A stretch of 64,000 bases of DNA from assembly GCF_006345805.1 (NCBI RefSeq), contig NC_043005.1, forward strand, positions 15,562,001-15,626,000. The letters run 5' to 3'. Each line of letters begins with the position of its first letter. Positions within the stretch are counted from its first letter, which is position 1. A program made the translations under genes and the position numbers. This document shows positions 1 through 13,189 of this stretch, piece after piece. The notes below the pieces were generated by a model. That model searched no databases. It was given only the letters and a program-made list of their open reading frames with translations, and had not been told where the DNA came from. The DNA comes from Octopus sinensis. Its lineage: Eukaryota.

Positions 1-385
1 GGATGCCTTTCCTAACGCCAACCACTCCATGAGTGTAGTGGGTGCTTTTTACGTGCCACCCGCACAGGTGCCAGACGGAGCTGGCAAACGGCCATGAACG
101 GATGGTGCTTTTATGTGCCACCGGCACGGGGGCCAGGCGAGGCTGGCAACGGACACGAACGGATGGTGCTTTTTACGTGCCACCGGCACGAGGCCAGTTG
201 GGGCGGCGCTGGCAACGGTCACGAACGGATGGTTCTCTTACGTGCCACCGGCACTGGTAACTCATCTGCAATTTCCATTGATCGATTTCGATTCTGATCC
301 TCACTTGCCTCAACACGTCTTCACAAGTAGAGTTTTGTGTCCCAAGAAGGGAAGGTATGCATACGTAGGCTGGCTCTATCCCATG
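1..385 (-). mobile_element. RTE-type LINE 3' UTR fragment with gtgccaccggcac hairpin units
   Basis: Matches the 3' region of the other copies that are joined to RTE RT sequence and end in (GAT)n tails. Confidence 0.75.
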
Positions 386-1689
386 TAGCTGTTTTTTATC
401 CATGTTTGACTTTTGTCATGTTTCACTTACATGTTAGCAAAAAAGATACACACACACACACACACACCACACACACGAGAGTGGACTGAGTGCTTTTACA
501 TGGCACAAGCACAGGTGAGGTCAGTTTTGGCAGGTTTTTACAGCTGGATGCCCTTCCAAATGCCAACCACTTTACAGTGTAGACTGGATGCTTTTTTTGT
601 AGCACCTGCATTGACATTTCACCATGTACCTTGCAAGACAAAATCTTTGGTGGGATAGTGATGTGCATGGAGATAGTTAGATGACTAATGTGTCAGATGA
701 TGAAAGGTTATAGTGAGAGAGAAAAACGGGAAGGAAAACCTGTGTTGGTTAGAAGAGGACAAGGTTACCCTGCCAGAGAGAGAAGAGATCCAGATGAGTA
801 CAGAAACAGGTGTGCTGCTGTAAAGGAGATACATGGTTACCCAACCGGGGGAAGACAGGAGAGAGAGAGAGTGGGAGACCATAAGATAGAGGTGGTGGCA
901 AAGTTCCAGGCATACTCACAAGGGACGGGAATCAGAATATAAATGGAATGGTCAAGTAAAGAAAGAGAGAGATATAGATGGTGGCAAGTGACATGGTGAA
1001 TTCTTGAGGTTTGAGTGTCATGTTATAAGTGGGCAGGACATTGCCAAAGAAGTGTGATTAGAGGGGAATGCAGTGAGTGGTGAAAACCTGGGTATATAGA
1101 GTGGGGGTGGGCTACCGATAGCAATGATACAGAGAAACAAGGGCCAAGAGGACAGGAGTGAGAGGTAACATAGTGCATGAAAGAGCAAATGTGAGAAAGA
1201 GAAGAGATGTAGTTTGGTTTGTTGTGTAGGTATGTGAAAAGTTTTTCTTGTTACATGTGGATGGAATACACAGATCAGGGGCTAGCAGAGAGCAATGATA
1301 CAGGGAAAACAGAGCTAAGAGGACAGGATGGGGAGTGAGAGGTAAGCATAGTGCATAAAGAGCAAATAGAAAAGAAGAGATGTAGTTTTGTTTGTTGGGG
1401 TAGGGTGAGGGAAAAGTTTTCTTGTTATGTGTGGATGGACACAGCACTTCTAGAACTCAAGAAACTTCATAAGTGTGCCCTGTCAGTCACACTTGAAGGA
1501 AATAATAAAACAACAGAGTGGGAGTGGGTGACAGTCAAGATGCTAAACCGGTGACAGTATTTAAAGGCTTTACTCCAAAGACGGTAGTTAATCAGAATAA
1601 AACTGCAAATTTTTTTTTTCATAGTTGTATTTACTTTATCAAATACTGGTGTTCCTCTTTCAGGTGAGAAAATACTTCCAACTCCCAAC

Positions 1690-2170
1690 AGTTTTTATTA
1701 ACTCTCTACAAAACTCAGATGAAGCCCCCAATAGAATACTATGTGGACAATGTTGATGCCATACAATGCTAATGTCGGGTGGCCATTCTGGGGATGCAGC
1801 TATGAGGTCTGCATCCCCAAAATGGCTGCCCTGACTATTATCATACAATCACTCATCAATACACTTACACTCCAAACTCTGATCCACAGACAATGTTGTC
1901 TTACCACTCTGCTTCTACAACTTGTACAGTGGTCTGATTCTTGTAGCAGGCTGATCTTATACTACTTCTACTCAGATTCATCCAACTTACTCTGCTCTCC
2001 TAAAACCATTTTCTTTCTACTCTCACTCTGTCTTGACACTGCACTAACTTTTACATCCAGTCCTTGCACCCCAGAACATCTTTCTCCTGGAATTCCCTCC
2101 CTGCCTATGGTTTTCCTAACCATCAACTTATAGATTCTTCAAGAAGAAATCACCACATTAATCTCAGAAA
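1690..2170 (+). mobile_element. CR1/Jockey-group LINE C-terminal remnant
   Basis: Degenerate motifs LYKTQMKP.IEY, LQTLIHR and SWNSLP. Confidence 0.55.
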
Positions 2171-2335
2171 TCCTGTGCAGGCTGTGAGTACAGATAATGG
2201 CAATCCTGGTTCTTCTGCTTCTAATTTATTTAACAGCCAACTTTCCTTCATTTTAAATAATTTATGCATGGATCAAAAACTGGTATTGGTACATGTAATA
2301 AAATGTTTTTTTTTCTCTCAAGCCATGCCTGGCTC

Positions 2336-2565
2336 ATAAGGCCGGTTTCCTTGGCGTATAGGTTCCCCACCTGGATGGACGCCAGTCCGTTGCAGGTGAG
2401 CTGCAAGATGCAGAGAAAAGAGTGAGAGAAAGTTGTGGCGAAAGAGTCAGCAGAAGTTTAACCATTACCTTCTGCCGGAGCTTAGGTGTTTCGCTCATAA
2501 ACACACATCGCCCGGTCTGAGATTTGACCCGCAATTCCTCAACCACGAGTCCACTGCTCTAACCA
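2336..2565 (-). mobile_element. tRNA-derived SINE (family C, degenerate)
   Basis: Head and body similar to the 2961-3353 copy. Confidence 0.65.
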
Positions 2566-2960
2566 CAATAAAACATGTAAAATAAAAATAAATTCATATC
2601 TCTGAAATGAAGTAAATCCTGATTTTAAGGAGGGGTCAAAGATTGAAGATAAAAAAAAAATATCACATCTGTTCACTACATACAAAATTATCTTTAGGGA
2701 ACTTATTAACTTTTTGCTTTTTTCAACATAGACCACCACTGAAATAATCTGAAAAATAAGTATTACTTTTTCAATAGCTCAACTCCCTAATTATAATATA
2801 TGCCAAAAGAATTATAATTCTGGCTGTAAGTTTGGGAGATTGTGTAATAGACAAGTGTTGGTGCTCCTTCACAAAGAGTAGAGCACCATGTGCTGTACCC
2901 CAGCACATACTCTGATCCTTCTCCCACTCCTATAGCAGTTCCTGCTTTTCTGAATTATAA

Positions 2961-3353
2961 TGGATGGGGATGGAAGCACTCTGTCGGTTACGACGACGAG
3001 GGTTCCGGTTGATCCGAATCAACGGAACAGTCTGCTCGTGAAATTAACGTGTAAGTGGCTGAGCACTCCACAGACACGTGCACCCTTAACTTAGTTCTCG
3101 GGGATATTCAGCGTGACACAGGAGTGACAAGGCCGGCCCCTTGAAATACAGGTACAACACAAACAGGAGTAAGAGTGAGAGAAAGTTGTGGTGAAAGAGT
3201 ACAGCAGGGATCACCACCACCCCCTGCCGGAGCCTCGGGAGCTTTTTAGGTGTTTTCGCTCAATAAACACTCACAAAACCCCGGTCTGGGAATCGAAACC
3301 GCGATCCTATGACTGCGAGTCCATGACTGCCCTAACCACTGGACCATTGCGCC
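2961..3353 (-). mobile_element. tRNA-derived SINE (family C)
   Basis: Minus strand starts ggcgcaatggtccagtggttagg (A box) ... ggtttcgattccc (B box), followed by a non-tRNA body. Confidence 0.75.
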
Positions 3354-3639
3354 CACACTCTGAATTAGTAATCTGTTACCCCATCACCCACATGCACTTG
3401 CAATAAGGATATATCTTTTGGTACAAATATAAGAAATTCTGATTCACAATCAAATTCTCTCATAAGACCATTGGAGGAATGAAACTATAGATCCAAGGAG
3501 AATTAGTGACATAATCTGCTGATAAAACATGCACATTACTGACTTTTCTACTTATGCTTGAAATTTATTGATAAAGGAAATTATTCACAAAACTGAAAAG
3601 AATGTTACCTCCATGAAAAGGTAAACTATACAGCTTGAG

Positions 3640-4260
3640 GTTGCGATCATACTACAAAACTTAGGCAAGCCTGGATAAAGTGTGGGTTTTAAAGATAAAC
3701 ATCACTAAAACTAAAACTGTGAAGCTTAAGGGGATTGAAGAAATGTCATTGGATGGGTAAACTGCAAGAAGAGTAAACGAGTTTAAATATCTTGAAACTT
3801 TTATAGAACAAGATGTTTTTGACACTGAAATTAACGAAAGATTTAAGAGGATAAATCAAGTAACAGGAGTGCTTTCAAATGTAAGGAAATATCTTAGGGA
3901 TTCGTATGAAAATTTAATGCATACGTCGCTATTAAGAAACGTTACATATTTGAAGAACCGTGGCAGCAAATCAGAACTAATTGTTTTAGAGGCCTCGAAA
4001 ATAAAGAAATTTTAGGGAATCAAAAAGGCATCATTTTTGAGAAACGAAGTGTTGAGTACCAGAAAATTTCCTATAAATAAATAAGGAAGAAATAATGAAG
4101 AGTAAAGTGGCGATAGCTGGGCCACGTACTTCGGCCACAACCTGAAGGCCAGCTAATATCTTAAGGTAAAAGAGAACAATAGAAACGATCCTCAGAGGAG
4201 GCCAGATTAGAAGCACAAAATAGACAAGGCTAGCGACAAATTGTTGAAGCCCTTTGTATC
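3640..4260 (+). mobile_element. Highly decayed RTE-like RT C-terminal remnant
   Basis: KINITKTKT and VNEFKYL..I...EINER motifs with stops. Confidence 0.45.
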
Positions 4261-5147
4261 AAGTGGTGTAGGAAGCAGTAATAGTAACAGTTAACGATTG
4301 TTTCAACTAACCGAACATCCAGCCAGGCAGCCAAACTAAACATCAAACTATATAAAGGGGGAAAAAAATCCGGCTCTAATTCGGGGAGGTAACTCTCATT
4401 AGAAAAAAAAAATCTGTAATTTTTTTAAAGATAGTTTACTTTTACATAGCACTACCTACAACTAAAGTAAGTTTTTGAAGTTATTTAAGTCACTGCAAGT
4501 CATTGAAACACATCAGTTTTACAATGCTGTTACTTCACTTTCTGTGATTCTTGTTTAACAGTTAGGTGAACGCGCGCTAGAAGAAGGGGGAGACAGAGAA
4601 TCTAGTGTCTGGATCATAAACCAAAAGCAGCAATACAGTTGTATGGAAAATGTAAAAACATCCATTGAGAATGAAAAATCTTCAAGTAGTTGGAAGAACG
4701 AAAATGATCCGCAATAGTTACGTAAAATTAGACATCTACAGTTCAACAACAATCGTAAATGCCTTCTTTACATTGGCGCAAAAATCATACAATCTTACAG
4801 AGGAGAGAGGTAATCAATACAGTATATAACTGGTACTATTTTTTGTGCCTCTGAGCAATGATCTTTGCGACCAGAGCTGTAAAATAAAGGGACGTAATTA
4901 TTGCAACACTGATCCAGTACAAATATAGCTTATTGAAGAACATACAAAGTTGAAGGGAAAGAACAAGATCGATTCGTTTGACACCAATGCTTGACAGATA
5001 CTATCATAGGCAGATGGAAAAAGTCATAGATGACGCTGTTATGATCTAACCAAAGGAATAAAACCCTTAAAAAGCATTACTTTACTTCTAACATTTTAAT
5101 ATTCGACATTTCATGTCAATAATCCAGCGAGCCTTGATTATTATATA

Positions 5148-6411
5148 CGAGGGACGTTCAATAAGTAATTTCCCTGACCCACTTGCAGTTGTTTGATCTA
5201 GCTGAAATTTTGCATAGATTAACCGGCAAATTACAGCTCTGAACTAATTGTGGTTTCTGATTTAGAGGTGTTTGAACTGAGTCAAGTGTGAAATGGAGCC
5301 TGTTGAGTGTCGAGCAGTGATCCGGTTTTTGTATTTGAAAGGACGCACACCATGGCAGACTTTTGATGAAATGAAAGTAACTTATGGTGATGATGCCCCA
5401 TCATATGACCTTGTAAAACGCTGGCATCGTGAATTCAAACATGGTCGGAACTCTGTGAAAACAGCTCCCAGATCTGGTCGCCACCCTTCTGCCATTGATG
5501 AGGCATCTGTCCGTCAAGTTGGTGCTGCCATTTTGGAAGATCGACCATAACTTTTCGCCAATAGCCCATGAGATCAAGATTAGTACCGGGTCTGTGGAAA
5601 CTATCATTCATGACCATTTGCATATGCAAAAGGTGTCTGCCAGATGGATTCCCAGGGGCTCTCAAACCTTTCCAGAAGCAAGAACGCGTCGAGTGCTCGA
5701 GGGTGAATTTGGAGACGTGCCAAGAAGATGAGTCAAAAGTTTTCAAAAGACTGATTGCATAGGATGAAACCTGGGTCCATCACTATGATCCAGAGACCAA
5801 AGCCCAGTCAATGCAGTGGAAGCACCGTGACTCATCTCCTCCAAAGAAGGCAAGGGTGCAGCCCTCCGCTGGCAAGATCATGCTCACAGTCTTCTGGGAC
5901 CAGGACGGAGTAGTGATGACAGATTTCCTGGCAAAGGGTACCACAATTACAGGAGCCTATTATGCTTCACTTTTGAGGAAATTAAGAGAAGCTATCAAAA
6001 TCAAGAGGCAGGGCAAGATCAGCAAGGCATCCTCCTCCTGCAGGACAACGCTCCGGTCCACAACTCGTGTGTCACCAGATCAGAAGCACAGGCGTGCGGC
6101 CATGAACTCCTCCCCCATCCTCCCTACTCTCTTGACCTTGCACCCTCTTATTTTTACCTCTTCCCAGCCATGAAGTTGTTTTTGAAAGGAAAGCGTTTCC
6201 GATGATGCAGCCTTGATTTCTGAAGTCACGTTCAGGTTGGAGGACCAAGCTGGGGTCTTCTACAAAAATGGTCCCAGAGCTGCATCAAACAATGGGAGAA
6301 ATGCATAACTCTGGGTGGTTTCTATGTAGAAAAAGACTAATAACTGTGCCAAGTTTCGTTGCTCTACTGCTATGGGTAGTGGTCAGGGCATTACTTATTG
6401 AACGCCCCTCA
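5148..6411 (+). mobile_element. Full-length mariner (DD34D) element with a frameshifted transposase pseudogene
   Basis: ~35-bp imperfect TIRs (cgagggacgttcaataagtaat / attacttattgaacgcccctca) with TA flanks; motifs WIPR, DETWVH, TVFWD, QDNA and HPPYS.DLAP. Confidence 0.95.
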
Positions 6412-6983
6412 TACAAGGAATGTGGATGACAGAATCAGAGGAATGTTGGATAAAATACCTTGCTATATTAAGTTACATCATTTATCTTTTGCAATCAAAA
6501 CCTGTCAGTGTCAACTTGGCATTTTTTTTTCTTCATTGCAAGGTTAAAAATATGTACCAGTCATATACTGAGGTTGGTATAGATTATAAGCACAAAGATT
6601 ATTATCTAAACAAACTGGTTAAATTCAGAATTGAATCAATGAGCCAATGAATGAATATTCCTATCCATGTGGCTGAAGATCAGAGGCCACAGACACAACT
6701 CATTTGTAGCATCTCCCTTTGGGACCTCCTTTTTGTTCAGTATATTTATCTGCTGGAAGCTGTCCAGAGACATACAATCAGATGAATACCTTACCGTATC
6801 TTGAACATCTTGCTTGTCTAGGTATTGATATATTAAATTTTGACATCTTGTAGCTGTCTTGGTAGAAGCCTGCAAGATTATCCACACTTTTCAAACAACT
6901 TGGACTTTTTCATAGTTCAGTATCGCTACCACACATGGACATGTTTACAAAATCAAAAAAGCAACACAACACTCATGACTTTT

Positions 6984-7328
6984 GGTTCCGGTTTCCAGGT
7001 TCATTCCCACTGCATGGCACCTAAGGCAAGTGTCTTCTACTATAGCCTTGGGCCGACCAAAGCCTTGCGAGTGGATTGGTAGGAAGCCCGTCGTACATAT
7101 ATTTATATATATTTATTAGTGGTGTGTGTGTGTGTATGTTTGTCTATCTGTGTTTGTCCCAATGCTGGTGTGTTTACGTCCTCGTAACTTAGCGGTTCGG
7201 CAAAAGAGATCGATAGAATAAATAATAGCTTACAAAGAACAAGTCCTGGGGTTGATTTGCTCGACTAAAAGTGGTGCTCCACTATGGCCACAGTCACATG
7301 ACCAAAACAAGTAAAAGAGTAAAGAGTA
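6984..7328 (+). mobile_element. tRNA-derived CORE-like SINE (family A) with internal (TA)n/(TG)n
   Basis: ggcacc..ggcaagtgtcttctactatagcc core and (agtaaaag)n tail; homologous to the 23515, 56227 and 63059 copies. Confidence 0.8.
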
Positions 7329-7379
7329 TATCTTTATAATCCAGAAACAAAGCTTAGTTCATAGAATGACATCACATCT

Positions 7380-7700
7380 CATCTCCAAGCCTAAGAAGTT
7401 CAAGAGCCAGTGTTTAATACAGAAAGCCACAGTGACTATTTTGAAGGATTACAAGGACATCATTCTCCTTGATTTTCTGTGTTGTGACAGTACTGAGAAG
7501 AGTGAGCAGTACATTGAGACACTCAAAGAAGAAAGGAAAAAAACTGAACAAGAGATTGCAAACAGACAACATTCACCATAACAATACATGACCATATGCA
7601 TCTTTAGTAACAAACCAGGCAATGAACAAGCTGAGCTGGTCAGTGGTCTCCCATCCAATGTTCAGCCCAATGAAAGGTAGTCTTTAGGGGTAAAGATTTG
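7380..7700 (+). mobile_element. Decayed mariner transposase fragment
   Basis: KPKKFKSQ...ILLDFL...SEQYIETL resembles the mariner catalytic region. Confidence 0.55.
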
Positions 7701-7844
7701 ATGATACAGGCAAGGTGAAAGTGACTGTTAGGAAGAGGGCACAACAGTGCACACGTGAATAATTTTTGAAGATTCAAGAACTGAGTTCAACAATGGTGCA
7801 AATATATCATTTGTGATAAAGACTCTGTTGAGTAGTATCTTTGT

Positions 7845-8085
7845 ATCGATCAACATCAATGGAAATTGTAGCTGTGATACCGGTGCCGGTGGCATGTAAG
7901 ACAACCATCCGAACGTGGACATTGCCAACGCCACCCCGACTGGCCTCCATGCCGGTGGCACAGTTCGACTGGGGCCTGGGAAGTAAGGAGGCCACACCAG
8001 GCTCCAATCTGATCTGGCAATGTTTCTACAGCTGGATGCCCTTCCTAAAAACAACCGCTCCAAGAGTGTAGTGGGTATTTTTTAT
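7845..8085. mobile_element. Two RTE 3' UTR pieces joined in opposite orientation
   Basis: The sense hairpin units switch to the antisense terminal segment near 7965. Confidence 0.6.
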
Positions 8086-8309
8086 GCACTTTTAAAAATA
8101 TATATATATATATATACACACATACACATTCTGGGTTTCCTGTCTGTAAAGGGTTTAACTTTATGACACCTGCCAAGAACTTTTAACCTATGACCTCTTT
8201 AAAATACGGACGGAAAACGTCTGGATTATCTCCCTTCGTCAATGGTTACTGACTTCCACCCATACTGCCATCATTCAGTTGTGAGGGTATGCAATAGGGC
8301 ATTATCTTC

Positions 8310-8660
8310 CTCTCCTGTTAGCTATCAACTTCTGGCAGTTCCCAAAAGCCCTGCAGAAATCTCCTAAAATGCAAACATAACCTAAAAATCTCCATTGTGG
8401 TGTTACGCATAGCCCCTGACTCAACTGAGTCCCTTAGGATTCTCATGCATTTGCCTATGCATAGCTTGCAGTATTTCGTCCCATTAATGTTGGGGCCTGG
8501 GTTTTTGAGAATTTTCCATGAGACTGAAGTGTGGAACTCCATCATCTTATAGTTGCCAAATGTGGTTGGCCAGCGATGTTACGTATCTCCTTTCTGGGAC
8601 TCTGAAGGAGGACCAATGGTTGGAAAAACGTTTCTTGAATGAATTCCATGGATGTGCGAT
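8310..8660 (-). mobile_element. Penelope-like GIY-YIG C-terminal fragment
   Basis: FKKRFSNHWSSF...SLANHIWQL...WKIL...CKLC...CLHFRRF. Confidence 0.7.
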
Positions 8661-8905
8661 GTCGGTGCTGTACTTGTTGTTGTTGCCACTGTTGCTGTTG
8701 TTGATGTAGTTGTGGCTGCCATGGACAGCTTTAGCGATGTCATCAACTGCAGCACCAACGACACCCCTGACAGCATCATCACTAACATCGCCTTCAACAC
8801 CAGCCTTCCTACAGCTTCCCTGATGTCCACAGTAGAAGACCTGCCAACACTCACACACTGGCAGGACCAATTGTAGCAGCAGTAACAGACCCAGTGCTGA
8901 CACCC

Positions 8906-9133
8906 GGCGAGCTGGCAGAAACGTTAGCATGCCGGGCGAAATGCGTAGCCGTATTTCGTCTGTCGTGACGTTCTGAGTTCAAATTCTGCCGAAATTGACT
9001 TTGCCTTTCATCCTTTCGGGGTCGATAAATTAAGTACCATTTACGCACTGGGGTTGATGTAATCGACTAAATCCCTTTGTCTGTCCTTGTTTGTCCCCTC
9101 TGTGTTTAGCCCCTTGTGGGTAGTAAAGAAATA
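8906..9133 (+). mobile_element. tRNA-derived SINE (family B)
   Basis: ggcgagctggcagaaacgttagc head, gagttcaaattc B box, gtagtaaagaaata tail. Confidence 0.85.
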
Positions 9134-9429
9134 TCTATTGGTAACAACACTAACAACAGCAGCAGCGGCCCTAGCAGAAACACCAGCATAAGCTCAACTA
9201 ATGACACCTCTGATAGCAGTAGCAACAGCAATAGTATTACCAATGCTACCACCACCCCCACCTTCACCAACACCAACAGCTCCAGCAACGGCACAGTTAA
9301 CAACAACAGCAGCAGCAGCTTGGTGATGCAGTGAAAACATGGAAAACAAGAAACACACAAACAATCAAAAAAAGAAACATACGACTCATGAAATTTTACA
9401 GGAAAATAAATTACCAACCCACATGATAT

Positions 9430-9653
9430 AGCTGGCAGAATCGTTAGCACGTCGGGTGGAATGCTTTGCGGTATTTCGGCTGCTGTTACGTTGTGCGTTC
9501 AAATTCCGCCGAGGTCGACTTTGCCTTTCATCCTTTCGGGGTCGATTAAATAAATACCAGTTACGCATTGGGGTCGATGTAATCGACTTAATCCGTTTGT
9601 CTGTCCTTGTTTGTCCTCTCTGTGTTTAGCCTCTTGTGGGTAGTAAAGAAATA
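9430..9653 (+). mobile_element. tRNA-derived SINE (family B)
   Basis: Close copy of 8906-9133. Confidence 0.85.
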
Positions 9654-9660
9654 GATATAG

Positions 9661-10750
9661 CCTGTGCCTTCAATAATTACTTCTCTAATATAGCTACAAA
9701 CCTTAACAATCAAATCCCCCCTATCCTCCCAGCCCCCATTGTTCTACATGGGCCCTAGTAACCCGAATTTCTTCTTTGCATTTTCTTCTTCCCCAGACGA
9801 AGTAAGATCCGTTATAAACTCCCTCAAAAATAAACCAGACTCAAATGAAAGTATCCCTTCATATATTTACAACCATCTGTTGACATAATCAACTTACCTA
9901 TTAGCAATGCTCTTTTCTGAATTAGTTGCTCAAGGCATATTCCCTAACTCTCTAAAAATGGCATGTGTCATTCCAGTCTATAAAACAGGTTGGCTTTAGA
10001 GAAAACTTAAGTACTGCTGATGCAATCCTTGAATTTCTAGATCATGCCAACAGTTCGCTAAACATCTCTAAATACTTCCTTGCACTTTACTTAGATATCA
10101 GTAAAGCATTCGATTCTGTACATTCAGATATATTGTTGGTTTAGATCGTACCTCTCACAGCGCAAACAGTATGTTTCTGTTCAAACATCAAAATCACCAT
10201 TATCTACTATAAATCTAGGAGTCCCCCAGGGTCCGTACTGGGCCCATTACTAATTTATGAAATTTCTACACTTTGCTGATGACTCTACTATTTTTATTAG
10301 TCACCAGGACCTTCCCTCCCTATTCAATACAATTAATTCAGAACTGGACAGGGTTTATCAATGGCTTATCGCTAACTGGCTTACCCTTGATATAAAAAAA
10401 TGAGCTGTTCCATGCTTTTCTCCACAAAGCCCACAGCTTCTGACTAATGTCCTCCCACAGGTAAAGCAATTTCACATGTAACATCAACAAAATTTCTCAG
10501 CATTCATATTGATGAGTCACTCAGTTTGAAAACACATATAAGCAATTTATTAAAACAAAATACCCGTACTCTTGGTATGTTAAATAGAATTTCTTACCTC
10601 CTTCCTGAAAATGTTAGAATTATTCTTTACTGTTCTTTAAAATACTCAAATTCTGTTACTACTGCTTGCTGCCAGACTTAAGAGATTTACTTTTTATATA
10701 CATTTATGACCGCCTTGCTTGCATGCAAAGGATATGTATTTTTTTGGGTT
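9661..10750 (+). mobile_element. L2/CR1-group LINE reverse-transcriptase remnant
   Basis: FNNYFSNI, GIFPNSLK.ACVIPVYK, LDISKAFDSV, GVPQG and FADD motifs with frameshifts. Confidence 0.8.
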
Positions 10751-10941
10751 TTTTTATACAATTATTGACCTTTTTATTTTTTGACCTCCTACCAACTTGC
10801 CCAAATCAGCCAAGCTGCCAAAGTGCTTAATCCGATTTTTTACGCAATTTCTGAAAAAAATTTGTTGTAATCTTTACTTATTGTAATCGATAAAAAAAAT
10901 ATTCAATGTAAATTAGATTAATAAATTTAATGAGAATAAAT

Positions 10942-11189
10942 TTAATAATATATTTCTGTGGTTTGCCGTGGAGGGACTAATCTGATACTGGGTGCTGAGG
11001 TGTCATCCAACCTGTCATCTTGCATGGGAATAGAGTCATTACTTTTACTACTCGCTTGAGGAGTTGGTGTGTTACTTTGGCTTCCTTTTCTAGAGTCTTG
11101 AGGTGTTGATGTGTGACTTTGGCTTCCTTTTCTAGAGCCTTGAGGTGTTGATGTGTGACCTTGGCTGAGTTTTTTTTCAGATCTGGTAC
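10942..11189 (-). other. Exon-like low-complexity ORF with 39-bp tandem repeat
   Basis: Acceptor tgtctgttgcag. Two frames stay open; about 3 copies of ccaaagtcacacatcaacacctcaagactctagaaaaggaag. Confidence 0.3.
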
Positions 11190-11202
11190 CTGCAACAGAC
11201 AA

Positions 11203-11207
11203 TATAT

Positions 11208-11287
<80 letters not shown>

Positions 11288-11380
11288 TATATAATATATA
11301 TATACATATATACATACATACATACATGCATACATATGTGTATGCATACATACACACATACATACGTACATATATATGAC
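11203..11380. repeat. (TA)n/(TACA)n microsatellite
   Basis: Directly visible. Confidence 0.95.
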
Positions 11381-11598
11381 GAACTAACTGTTACTTTCTC
11401 AGATGCAGCACAGATTTTTCAGTGAACAGGTCGCGGATTTTAGCGACGAAAATATTTTGACAATTAAACTTAAATGTTGAAGTGAATCAAACGGCTTTGT
11501 GTGTTTCTTAAATGGCTTACAACACCTTCCACGCTGCAATTGTTTTCGTTTCAGCACCGATCTCAGATCAAATTACTTGCTATGCGAGTACATCTCTG

Positions 11599-11656
<58 letters not shown>

Positions 11657-11739
11657 ATGATGATGGGTGAGGGTAAGTGTGTGTGTGTGTGTATACAGAA
11701 TAGATTCCTTAAATGTCTGGGGAATTCTTAGGTGTAGTA

Positions 11740-12300
11740 GATAACATCTGTTACCTTGTAACTAAGTTAGCAATGAAGGAGGAATGTTCTGAAAGCCTAC
11801 TTGCTAGAATAAGAATAGGCTGGGCAAAGTTTGGGTAAGTACTACCTTTGTTCGTCACAAGGGGCCTCCCCGTCACTGTGAAAGGCAGAATGTATGATGC
11901 CTGTGTAAGAAGAACTATGCCTCATGGCAGTGAAGCATGGGTTGTGGCTACAAAGGAGATACGGATGCCTGAAAGGAATGAAACCAGCATGCTCCACTGG
12001 ATGGGTAATGTCAGTGTGTGCATGTATAACCGAGTGTAAGTGATTTGAGAGGAATATTTGGATATGAGCGGCAACAGATGTTGTGTGCAAGAGAGGAGAC
12101 TGCACTGGTATGATCATGTGATGTGTATGGACAAGGACAGATGCATAAGGGAGTACTGATCTGAAACTGGTGGGAAGCTGAAGAAGGGATAGACCCAAGA
12201 AGATTTGGGGTGAAGTGGTGAGAACTGATCTGATGTTGAACCTCACAGAGGAGATGACAAGGGACCAAGACATCTGGCAAGTTTGCAGTAAAACCATGGC
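11740..12300 (+). mobile_element. RTE LINE ORF2 C-terminal fragment
   Basis: KGRMYDACVR..M.HGSEAW, RRLHWYDHV and GRPKK.W motifs. Confidence 0.75.
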
Positions 12301-13189
12301 CATCCCTACATGCAGGCATGTCCTTTACAACTGTGCATTCTCCCTTCCCCACACACACATAATGTGTCCTCTGTCAAAACTGCCCCACGACCCATCTTCC
12401 CAACACTCTCACCACCTGTCGCAGGACTCTCCCCTCCTCTCCCTCACATGCTTATTGGCACACTCTCCGTGCCCTTGTATTTATCTACAACATCCCCCTC
12501 CCAGTCACTCACCAGTTATCTCTTCTCCCTATCTCCTCACACTCTTATGGAACATCCCCCTCTATCCCCTTTCTCCTACTTATACTCCCCACAGCACTGT
12601 TCCCTGTGGGTAGTTCCCAATACTTCTCCAACACCATCTACTTGTCTCTCTCCCTCTCTCTCTATCTTACTTTCTCTCTTAACTTTCTCTCCAACTCCTT
12701 CCTACCTTTCTCTCCTCCCAAGTCTTACTGAAGCAGCAAGTGTCCCCTTTATAGTAACACAACTATCTCTGTCCAGCTATTATACTCTAACCTCTTGCCT
12801 GGTACACGATCACTTTCCTCAGTTCCACTCCATTTCTCTATTTTGCAACCTATTTGGCAACCCCACTGGTACTGGTGCCACATAGAAAGCACCTGTACTG
12901 ATGTCACATAAAAAGTACACATTGTAAAGTGGTTGGCATTAGGAAAGGCATCCAGCCATTTTACAGCTGGATGCCCGTCCATACTAGAATAGACAATTGA
13001 AGCCTGGTTTAGCCCTCTGGCTTCCCAGCTCTAGTCAAACCCTCTAATCCATGCCATCATAGAAAACAAATGTTTGACAATGATAATGATGATGACGATA
13101 TAATTGGATATAAATTTCTCTCTCTGCCCCTTCTTGCCATACACATGTGCACACAAACACACACACATATATATGTAACTATGTAGAAG

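Noticed and set aside
3260-3353. tRNA-like A/B boxes here and at other SINE heads
   Set aside because: They are SINE heads continuing into SINE bodies; no complete cloverleaf, so not tRNA genes
4560-4718. Plus-strand acceptor followed by a 52-codon frame
   Set aside because: No partner exons and no recognisable motif
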